From the NCBI GenBank assembly GCA_046729455.1, contig JBKPGQ010000008.1:1-39375 (forward strand): a stretch of 39,375 nucleotides of DNA, in the 5' to 3' direction. Positions within the stretch are counted from its first letter, which is position 1. Each line of letters starts with the position of its first letter. Source of the stretch: Verrucomicrobiota bacterium. GTDB lineage: Bacteria > Verrucomicrobiota > Verrucomicrobiia > Chthoniobacterales > UBA10450. The notes below the pieces were generated by a model. The model was not told the origin of the DNA. It made no database searches and saw only the letters and a program-made list of their open reading frames with translations. Both the position numbers and the translations under genes were made by a program. Below, in pieces: positions 26,296 through 33,038 of the stretch.

Positions 26296-26850
26296 ATGCG
26301 TTGCCCCAAGTGCGGGTCTCGTGATGACAAGGTCATCGATTCCCGTCAGTCGCGGGATAGTTCGAGTATCCGTCGTCGCCGTGAATGTCTGAAATGCAAG
26401 TATCGCTTTACGACGTACGAAGAAATCGAGCGCTCTGATCTGCGCGTGGTGAAGCGTGACAGAACCCATGAACCATTTGATCGGCGCAAACTGGCTGCCA
26501 GCATCGCGAAAGCTTTCGAAAAACGCTCCACCAGTCTTCTTACCTTGGAAGACACTGTGGATGAGATTGTGCACGAACTTGAAACAAGCGGCCGTGAGGT
26601 TCCTTCGTCCGTAATCGGCGCCAAAGTGCTCGAAAAACTGCGTGGAATCGATGAAGTAGCCTATCTGCGTTACGCCTCAGTTTACCAGCAGTTTCAGGAC
26701 GTCGATCAATTTGTAGATGCCATTCATACCCTTGGACATCGCGTCAAACCGAATGCGCTTCAGCGGGAATTATTTCCGCCTGAGACCGGAGAGAATCCCG
26801 CGCCTGGATCACACAATATGCCAACCAGTAAGAATCATGGTCGCGTTTAA
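26296..26850 (+). CDS. nrdR: Transcriptional repressor NrdR (zinc ribbon plus ATP-cone)
   Basis: MRCPKCGSRDDKVIDSRQ...RRRRECLKCKYRFTTYE is the canonical NrdR N-terminus. An ATP-cone follows. From memory of typical NrdR lengths, the C-terminal tail appears about 30 aa longer than usual. Confidence 0.9.
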   Translation: MRCPKCGSRDDKVIDSRQSRDSSSIRRRRECLKCKYRFTTYEEIERSDLRVVKRDRTHEPFDRRKLAASIAKAFEKRSTSLLTLEDTVDEIVHELETSGREVPSSVIGAKVLEKLRGIDEVAYLRYASVYQQFQDVDQFVDAIHTLGHRVKPNALQRELFPPETGENPAPGSHNMPTSKNHGRV

Positions 26851-27403
26851 AGAAGAATTTCCATATCTCCGCACAGATTCGGGGCAGCTGTTCGAATTCA
26901 ATCGCGATTGGCTGCATGCGGCGATCACGCGTGCGGCCGACGAAGCTGGCTACCCCAGTTGGTGGTTGACCGATCACGTGACGGAAAGCATCGCCTTTTA
27001 CCTGCACTTGCGAAACGACGAAAACGTCGTCGCGTTTACTCAGTTGTCACAGACCGTGCGATATGTCCTGAAGGCGATTGGTTACAAGGAGATCGTGCCC
27101 TTTTTCGCGCCGGCGCCTCCGCCCATTTCCGTCTCGTTGCTCGATATCGCTTACCATGCCGGCGCAGGCTACGAGCTCGCATTTTTTGATCTTTTGGAAA
27201 AGCGAATCAACAGCCTGATCGAAATTGGCGCCGATAATCTCCAGCTTTGCTCACTGCAGCCTTGCGTAAAACATCTTCGAGGTGTCAAGACGTGGACGCG
27301 CGCCTGCGACGCATTGCGCGAGGAAATTGTCTGCTTCGTGCGCGAAAGACTAACCTCTGCAATCGACCCCACCGTTGAGAGACTCGATTGTTCGCTGCGT
27401 TAA
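26837..27403 (+). CDS. Hypothetical protein, start overlapping the nrdR stop
   Basis: The ATG at 26837 overlaps the nrdR 3' end by 14 nt. The track ORF begins at 26717, inside nrdR. It has protein-like composition but I recognise no family. Confidence 0.55.
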   Translation: MVAFKEEFPYLRTDSGQLFEFNRDWLHAAITRAADEAGYPSWWLTDHVTESIAFYLHLRNDENVVAFTQLSQTVRYVLKAIGYKEIVPFFAPAPPPISVSLLDIAYHAGAGYELAFFDLLEKRINSLIEIGADNLQLCSLQPCVKHLRGVKTWTRACDALREEIVCFVRERLTSAIDPTVERLDCSLR

Positions 27404-27433
27404 AGGAGTTCCATCGGAGTCGTCGAAAAGCTT

Positions 27434-27451
27434 CGAAACGATGGCGTTTCG
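27434..27451 (+). terminator. Weak candidate intrinsic terminator hairpin
   Basis: CGAAACG-ATGG-CGTTTCG (7-bp stem) followed by CATTTGAATT, about 30 nt after the stop of 26837..27403. The T-tract is poor. Confidence 0.25.
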
Positions 27452-27517
27452 CATTTGAATTACGGCCAGAATGCGCAGATTTACCCGAATTCTTTAGGTG
27501 ACTAACCATTTCACGCC

Positions 27518-27853
27518 ATGACCATTTTCGAAAAAATCATCGCGCGCCAAATTCCAGCGAAAATTATCTGGGAAGATGACGACGCAGTCGCTTTTCACGA
27601 CGTTAATCCACAAGCACCTGTGCACGTGCTGATCGTGCCCAAGAGAGTGGTTCCTCGCCTTACTGATGCGAAGGACGAAGATCGCGCCCTACTCGGCAAA
27701 TTGCTTCTAGTTGCTCGCGATCTGGCGAAAAAACTGGAGTTATCGAGCGGCTACCGTGTCGTCATCAATTGCGGGCCAGATGCGGGTGAAAGTGTCCCGC
27801 ATTTGCATGTCCATGTTCTAGGCAAACGCGCCCTCGCCTGGCCGCCAGGGTAG
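27518..27853 (+). CDS. HIT family (histidine triad nucleotide-binding, HinT-like) protein
   Basis: 111 aa with the histidine triad HLHVHVLG near the C-terminus and a typical N-terminus (IFEKIIARQIPAKIIWEDD). Confidence 0.85.
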   Translation: MTIFEKIIARQIPAKIIWEDDDAVAFHDVNPQAPVHVLIVPKRVVPRLTDAKDEDRALLGKLLLVARDLAKKLELSSGYRVVINCGPDAGESVPHLHVHVLGKRALAWPPG

Positions 27854-27969
27854 CGTGCTAGAGACGGTGCGTCCGCCGCTTAGGAGCGGCAGCGCTCTGT
27901 ATTCTCTACGAGATGAAAACGTGCGCCATTGAAACTTGACGACTTTAAGCCGTCGAGTTTTTCCGAGCG

Positions 27970-28257
27970 CTATTCACTGATAAGGGCCCAGTCAATTCCA
28001 ATCACGCGTTTGTCCGTGAACTTTTTCACGGACTTAGGAAAAACAAGAAAAGTGGCACCTTTCTTCTCTTTGAAACCAGCAATTCCAAAATCTGTCCCGC
28101 TTTCGGTCTTCAGGATTGTCATGACTCGATTATTCTTTAGCTGCGCCTGGAGGTGACGATCAGTAGATGGTTTTTGCCAAAGAGTATAAACCTGCGGCTT
28201 GCCACACGTTTCAATGACCTGCGAAAAGCGTGCTGTTTTTGTTCTTAGCAGCTTCAT
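27970..28257 (-). CDS. Small basic hypothetical protein
   Basis: I take the ATG at 28257 as the start (MKLLRTKTARFSQV...). The track ORF starts at a TTG at 28299. I recognise no family. Confidence 0.4.
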   Translation of the reverse strand: MKLLRTKTARFSQVIETCGKPQVYTLWQKPSTDRHLQAQLKNNRVMTILKTESGTDFGIAGFKEKKGATFLVFPKSVKKFTDKRVIGIDWALISE

Positions 28258-28490
28258 GACGTAGCTGTTTACGGCGCACCCGTCGGTCGCGTACCTCAAA
28301 AAGTCCGCCAGAGAACTACGGCAAGGAGGATCAGACTACCGTTGCTGCATTCCTGCCCTGGCGGGATTCGTAAGTCCTCAATCCATAGCCCCTGACGGAA
28401 AGCGAATTTCTCTGCAAGATTGGCATCGTGCAACCCCCTGACCGCCTTCGCGGAAAAGCCGGAGACATTGACAAGCTGTGACGCTTCTGT

Positions 28491-28718
28491 TTGCATCGAA
28501 CCGTGAAATGGTTCGCGTGGCTTTTGCTGGCTTTTCTTTTCGCTACTGTGAATTCCTGTACAACGCTCGTTAACCGACGAGATCTTTACAGTCCTGAACC
28601 GGGACCGGATTCCCTGGAAGCAGCGCGCCAGTGGTACGGCGTCACAACCACACACACAACGGCAACTACGACTCGGAGCGACGAAACCGTTTCGCCAGCG
28701 AGCGTACGCCGATATTAG
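28491..28718 (+). CDS. Possible small secreted protein or lipoprotein (weak call)
   Basis: TTG start. Hydrophobic N-terminus WFAWLLLAFLFATVNSC with an imperfect lipobox, and a Thr-rich tail. It competes with an antisense ORF (28296..28655) whose composition looks less protein-like. Confidence 0.3.
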   Translation: MHRTVKWFAWLLLAFLFATVNSCTTLVNRRDLYSPEPGPDSLEAARQWYGVTTTHTTATTTRSDETVSPASVRRY

Positions 28719-28750
28719 TTGGTCGACTCCTCAAACGAGCTGGACGACTC

Positions 28751-28960
28751 TTAACCGAATGGCAGATTTGCCTTAATGCGGGCGACATCCGTGTCGTCTA
28801 CGCACGCTGCTTTGCTCAAATGGCGCTTCCGCTTTGCACTTTTTACTGACAGCAAGTGCCGCCGCGAAGAGTGCGCTCGCAACACTTTACCACGCGCTGT
28901 AATCTTAAAGCGTTTTGCTACGGATTTACGGGTTTTACTGCGAGCGATTGGTTTTGGCAT
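28751..28960 (-). CDS. rpmI: 50S ribosomal protein L35
   Basis: MPKPIARSKTRKSVAKRFKITARGKVLRAHSSRRHLLSVKSAKRKRHL matches the L35 pattern (MPK.K....AKRFK.T..GK..R.....H.......KRKR.L). Confidence 0.85.
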   Translation of the reverse strand: MPKPIARSKTRKSVAKRFKITARGKVLRAHSSRRHLLSVKSAKRKRHLSKAACVDDTDVARIKANLPFG

Positions 28961-29103
28961 AAGGCGACAAGATATTAGGTAGTTAGGTTTTCACAACCGC
29001 CTTTTGTTGTTCGCCCCGCTTACTTTGCTTGGATATTCGGCACTTTGCGCGGAGCGCTTGCCCGCGATCATTTCGGAGTTGAACGTTGGTGAAACTTTCG
29101 AGG

Positions 29104-30384
29104 ATGAAGGAATCGCAGAATCAAAAACCGCACGTTATCATAATCGGCGCTGGATTTGGCGGCCTTCAGGCGGCAAAGAAGCTTGCTCGCAAAAATGTGC
29201 GGGTCACAGTGATCGACCGCACAAATTACCATCTTTTTCAGCCTTTACTCTATCAGGTGGCGACCGCCGCGCTCTCGCCGGCAGACATTGCGGCTCCAGT
29301 GCGCTCGGTATTGAGCAAATCCAAAAACGTAGAGGTCATCCTCGCCGAAGTGCAGTCCGTGGATGTCACTGCCAAAAAAGTGAGAACGGCCGACCTAGAA
29401 TTCGACTACGATTATCTGATTCTCGCGACTGGCGCCCGGCATTCCTACTTCGGACATAATGACTGGGAAAAACTGGCGCCCGGATTGAAGAGCCTTGAAG
29501 ACGCGATTGAGCTGCGGCGCCGGATTCTCATGGCTTTCGAATATGCGGAAAAAACCAACGATGAAGCGGCCCGCAAGGCGGCGATGACGTTTGTGATCAT
29601 CGGTGGCGGACCCACCGGGGTGGAAATGGCCGGAGCAATCGCAGAAATCTCCCGTTACACGCTAGCGAAAGATTTTCGCCATATCGATCCGTCCCGGGCA
29701 CGGGTCATTCTCATCGAAGGCGAGCAGCGCTTGCTATCTGCCTTTCCCGAGGATTTATCGCAAAGCGCTCAAAAGCAGCTCACAGATCTCGGCGTAGACG
29801 TGCGCACAGGCGTCCGAGCAACGAATCTAAATGAGGCTGGAGCGCAACTCGGCGACGAATTCATCCCCTGCCGTGTCAAAATCTGGGCAGCCGGCAACAA
29901 TGCCTCGTTCGTTGGCAAAACAATCGGCGCGCCAATTGACAGGGTCGGCCGCATCGTTGTGAACGATGACCTTAGTATTTCCGGCCACCCAGAGGTTCAG
30001 GTCATTGGCGACCTGGCAAACTTTTCACATCAGACCGGAGAGCCTTTGCCTGGAGTATCTCCGGTAGCAATTCAACAAGGGCGTCACGCCGCGCGCAATA
30101 TTCTTGCGATGATCAAGGGGCGCAAACCGCAGCGCTTCCATTATTGGGACAAGGGAAACATTGCGACAATTGGTCGGAACAAAGCAGTCGCGGATCTAAA
30201 ATTCACGCACTTGAGCGGTCTTCCGGCCTGGTTGGCGTGGTTATTCGTGCACATCTTTTTCCTGGTCGGTTTTCGAAACCGCTTGCTCGTCCTCTTCCAA
30301 TGGGCGTGGGCGTATTTTACCTTCGATAAAGGCGCACGATTAATCACGCGCAACTTCCAGTCGGAACAAAGGCCACCGGCATGA
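29104..30384 (+). CDS. ndh: Type II NADH dehydrogenase (NDH-2) / FAD-dependent pyridine nucleotide-disulfide oxidoreductase
   Basis: Two dinucleotide-binding motifs, IIGAGFGG and IIGGGPTGVEMAG, plus a hydrophobic C-terminal membrane-anchoring region. The start is uncertain (TTG 29086, GTG 29089 or ATG 29104). Confidence 0.85.
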   Translation: MKESQNQKPHVIIIGAGFGGLQAAKKLARKNVRVTVIDRTNYHLFQPLLYQVATAALSPADIAAPVRSVLSKSKNVEVILAEVQSVDVTAKKVRTADLEFDYDYLILATGARHSYFGHNDWEKLAPGLKSLEDAIELRRRILMAFEYAEKTNDEAARKAAMTFVIIGGGPTGVEMAGAIAEISRYTLAKDFRHIDPSRARVILIEGEQRLLSAFPEDLSQSAQKQLTDLGVDVRTGVRATNLNEAGAQLGDEFIPCRVKIWAAGNNASFVGKTIGAPIDRVGRIVVNDDLSISGHPEVQVIGDLANFSHQTGEPLPGVSPVAIQQGRHAARNILAMIKGRKPQRFHYWDKGNIATIGRNKAVADLKFTHLSGLPAWLAWLFVHIFFLVGFRNRLLVLFQWAWAYFTFDKGARLITRNFQSEQRPPA

Positions 30385-30406
30385 AGGAGGTTAGCGGCTT
30401 CAACTT

Positions 30407-30490
30407 TGTCATGTCGAGCGAAGTCGAGACATCTCTTGCCTTTTCTGATCAGAGATTCCTCGACTACGCTTCGCTCCGCTCGGAATGACA
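30407..30490. repeat. 84-nt imperfect palindromic (MITE/REP-like) element
   Basis: The left arm TGTCATGTCGAGCGAAG...TCGAGACATCTCT pairs with the right arm AGAGATTCCTCGA...CTCCGCTCGGAATGACA. By hand, 15 of 17 terminal positions pair, and the right arm carries a 10-nt insertion (CTACGCTTCG on the + strand). Its translations (…SSEVETSL… and …RCLDFARHDK…) match spurious peptides I recall seeing as dispersed copies in many genomes. Confidence 0.7.
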
Positions 30491-30958
30491 GCAAAGTGTA
30501 CTGGTTTGCAGAGCGAGACCGTGTCCACTCTTATCAACGTGCGCAATCGTCAGCGAAAAATCCCAGTCCGTGTCGCGGATCTCCAAATGTTCGCGGCAAA
30601 AGCAGTGCGAAAATCTCTGCAGTTGCGCAACGAGAAAGAGACGGACTTGAGAAAATTGCATGAGGTTTTCGTCTGGCTCATCTCGGATCGACGGATGGCC
30701 TCATTACATCGGAAATTTATGCATCAAACGGGTCCGACCGACGTGCTCACGTTTCAACACGGCGAAATCTTTATCAGCGTCGAGACAGCCAGGAGGAATG
30801 CTCGGGCATTTGGAACATCGCTCCTGAATGAGCTTCGCCTTTATGTCGTCCATGGGCTTTTACATTTGCACGGGTTTGACGATCGCACGCAGCCTGGCGC
30901 GCGGAAAATGAAAAGAGTGCAGCAAAGAATTCTACGCAACTGTAGCCGGGATCGATGA
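30485..30958 (+). CDS. ybeY: rRNA maturation endoribonuclease YbeY
   Basis: C-terminal metal motif HGLLHLHGFDD (canonical HGxLHLxGYDH) and the conserved TDVLTF block. The ATG at 30485 lies inside the palindromic element, so the GTG at 30521 (VSTLINVRNRQ...) is an alternative start. Confidence 0.85.
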   Translation: MTAKCTGLQSETVSTLINVRNRQRKIPVRVADLQMFAAKAVRKSLQLRNEKETDLRKLHEVFVWLISDRRMASLHRKFMHQTGPTDVLTFQHGEIFISVETARRNARAFGTSLLNELRLYVVHGLLHLHGFDDRTQPGARKMKRVQQRILRNCSRDR

Positions 30959-31060
30959 TCGCGGCAGAACGAATGATCCCAGAACCGGCGTCACGGATGC
31001 CGACTACAGCACCCCTACAGCTTGTTTGAACTGACAGCGTCGTATGTTAGCGTTCCTACC

Positions 31061-31432
31061 ATGAGTCGCAAGCGACGGCGGGGCGTCGGATGCCGAGCGC
31101 AGAGCAAACAAACAAAGGGACCGACTCATGTTTTGGACGAGACTGGGTCTGTGACGACCGCGGAGCCCACCAAGGAAACCCGCTCGGAAGAAGATCTCGA
31201 TCTTCCCTGGCAGGTGGTGGTCCACAATGATCCCGTGAATTTGATGAGCTACGTCACGATGGTCTTTCAACGAGTCTTTGGCTATCCGCGCGAGAAAGCG
31301 GAAAGACACATGCTTGAAGTGCATCACAAGGGACGTTCCATTTTATGGGCCGGCATGCGAGAGCCTGCAGAGCTTTATGTACAGCAGTTGCACGGCTATC
31401 TCCTGCTCGCCACACTGGAAAAAATCAGTTGA
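31061..31432 (+). CDS. clpS: ATP-dependent Clp protease adaptor ClpS
   Basis: The core WQVVVHNDPVNLMSYVTMVFQRVFGYPREKAERHMLEVHHKGRSILWAG is canonical ClpS. The N-terminal basic extension is of uncertain length (ATG 31061 chosen; the track ORF starts at 31022). Confidence 0.85.
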   Translation: MSRKRRRGVGCRAQSKQTKGPTHVLDETGSVTTAEPTKETRSEEDLDLPWQVVVHNDPVNLMSYVTMVFQRVFGYPREKAERHMLEVHHKGRSILWAGMREPAELYVQQLHGYLLLATLEKIS

Positions 31433-31433
31433 T

Positions 31434-31925
31434 ATGGAGATTTGCCGGCACAACGACCATATCGTGGTCTCTGAGTTAGACCCGTTTCTTGCCGAGCTTC
31501 TTCGGCAGATTCCCGCCAGCGCCAGCCCAGACGGAATACCAGCTGCCGAGCAACGTCTTTTCAGTTCCCCAACAAATGGAAAAGAACCGGAGCTTTGCGC
31601 AGAGTGGAAGCAGTACGTCGAACCTGAACTGCGGCGCCTTTTTCAGAGCGCTACCGAAACCGTGGCCGCCGACTTGGAGCAACTAAACGGCAACGAAAAA
31701 AGTATGGCGAATCGCACGCTGCGCATTCCCGCCAAACATACCGATGCGTGGCTGAGCGCACTTAATCAGGCACGGCTGGTGATCGCCGCAAAAAATGGCT
31801 TCACCGAAAGCGAACTCGGCGATCACTTTCGCTCACCCATCGGATCACGCCGGGACCTCAGCCTGTTCCAGATAAACTTCTACGGTTTTCTTCAGGAATT
31901 TATCCTGCGCGACGTGGGTGGTTGA
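31434..31925 (+). CDS. Hypothetical protein, tightly coupled to clpS
   Basis: The ATG at 31434 starts 2 nt after the clpS TGA (31430-31432). 163 aa. I cannot assign a family with confidence. Confidence 0.55.
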   Translation: MEICRHNDHIVVSELDPFLAELLRQIPASASPDGIPAAEQRLFSSPTNGKEPELCAEWKQYVEPELRRLFQSATETVAADLEQLNGNEKSMANRTLRIPAKHTDAWLSALNQARLVIAAKNGFTESELGDHFRSPIGSRRDLSLFQINFYGFLQEFILRDVGG

Positions 31926-31941
31926 GCCACCAGGCTCACGA

Positions 31942-32178
31942 CTACGCTTCCTTCCGCGCGCGCACCATCGCCATCAGCCGCTCTTTGATTGCGCCTGAGG
32001 CTTTCGCCGGACGCAGACTCAGCGCAAATGCTTCGTGTAATCCGTAACATTCGCCGATGTAATCTTCGGCTTTTTTCCCAAATTTCTTGCGCGCTTTTTC
32101 GAATTCCTCCACCTCTTCCGGGTCCAACGCGCCAATGACGTAGAGCCGCGATTGGTTCTGGAATTCCTTAAAGTTCAC
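31942..32178 (-). CDS. Short soluble anti-sigma-like protein (N-terminal anti-sigma domain only, no TM segment)
   Basis: 78 aa, overlapping the upstream ECF sigma gene by 11 nt. LYVIGALDPEEVEEFE resembles the start of RskA/ChrR-type anti-sigma domains. It has no zinc-binding HxxxCxxC motif and no membrane segment. Confidence 0.45.
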   Translation of the reverse strand: MNFKEFQNQSRLYVIGALDPEEVEEFEKARKKFGKKAEDYIGECYGLHEAFALSLRPAKASGAIKERLMAMVRARKEA

Positions 32179-32845
32179 TTCTTAACTCCTTGAGGCCGTC
32201 ATAGATTTTTTTAAGTCCAAGTTCAAGCCTGGTCTTTACCGTGCCTAAGGGTGTATTCGTTTTCGCGGCGATTTCGCGCTGGCTCATACCTCGAAAAAAT
32301 GCGAGGTCGATGGCCTGTTGTTGGGCTGGTGGAAGGCCTGCGATCACCTTGCGAATCAGGTTACGCGTGTCGCTGAGGACGATCTCCTCTTCGGTGACAT
32401 TATGTGCCCATGCATCAGGCTGTTGTTCAGTTTCATTCTGCAGACGTTCTTCTGCGCGCGCATAGGCCTGCTTTTTCCGCAACCCGTCAATCGCCCGTCG
32501 CCGGGCCAATGTCACCATCCAGCCGAGCGGTTTGCCCTTTTGGGAAGAGAAGTTTTTCGCCTGGTTCCAAATCTCCATAAAGATCTCCTGCAAAAGATCG
32601 TCGGCCTCGGCTTCGTTGTGAATCACTCGCAAAATAAGCGCCTTCAAAATGCCGTTGTACCGATCGTAGAGCTGAGAAAGCGCGTCGGGGTCTTCCGCTT
32701 GGATCGCCTTCATTAATTCCAAGTCGCTCGGGGCTCCGAGCTCGACTTGCGGGATGACAGAGACGGCTGGCGCTCGCGATTTTGTGAGGCGCGCACGTTT
32801 CCTTGGTTTCCGGCGTGTGGAAGAAATCAGTTTGGATCGTCCCAT
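32168..32845 (-). CDS. ECF-type RNA polymerase sigma-70 family factor (second in window)
   Basis: Region 2 (EADDLLQEIFMEIWNQAKNFSSQKGKPLGWMVTLARRRAID) and region 4 (GMSQREIAAKTNTPLGTVKTRLELGLKKI). It has a basic N-terminal extension. Confidence 0.85.
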   Translation of the reverse strand: MGRSKLISSTRRKPRKRARLTKSRAPAVSVIPQVELGAPSDLELMKAIQAEDPDALSQLYDRYNGILKALILRVIHNEAEADDLLQEIFMEIWNQAKNFSSQKGKPLGWMVTLARRRAIDGLRKKQAYARAEERLQNETEQQPDAWAHNVTEEEIVLSDTRNLIRKVIAGLPPAQQQAIDLAFFRGMSQREIAAKTNTPLGTVKTRLELGLKKIYDGLKELRSEL

Positions 32846-32996
32846 GAGAGGTCAGGAAATTAAGCAAATCGATCAACGGAGCGCACGCGCGGACTCTCCA
32901 TTTGATCTCTTAATCTGCACAAACCAGTTCGTCCACCGGTTTCCAAGCGCAGTTTGGCTGATGCCTCCGAATCGCGCTTCGCGATAAATCTAGCGA

Positions 32997-33021
32997 GGAA
33001 CCGAAGAACCACGATTGCGTC
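32997..33021 (+). promoter_or_regulatory. Candidate ECF-type promoter (GGAAC-N16-CGTC) upstream of treS-mak
   Basis: GGAAC at 32997-33001 and CGTC at 33018-33021 with a 16-nt spacer, located 18-30 nt upstream of the candidate ATG starts (33039, 33051). It is divergent from the ECF sigma gene. Confidence 0.3.
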
Positions 33022-33038
33022 GCGCGTTTTGTGCGTCA

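Noticed and set aside
26717-26836. N-terminal 40 codons of the ORF 26717..27403
   Set aside because: This part lies inside the nrdR coding region in another frame. The internal ATG at 26837, which overlaps the nrdR stop, is the more plausible start.
28296-28655. 119-aa minus-strand ORF considered as rplT (L20), given its size and position downstream of rpmI
   Set aside because: The sequence (MCGCDAVPLARCFQG...) has none of the basic L20 signature (no RVKRG...HKK...AKGY). The other minus-strand frames I spot-checked in 28700-28750 show no L20-like sequence either.
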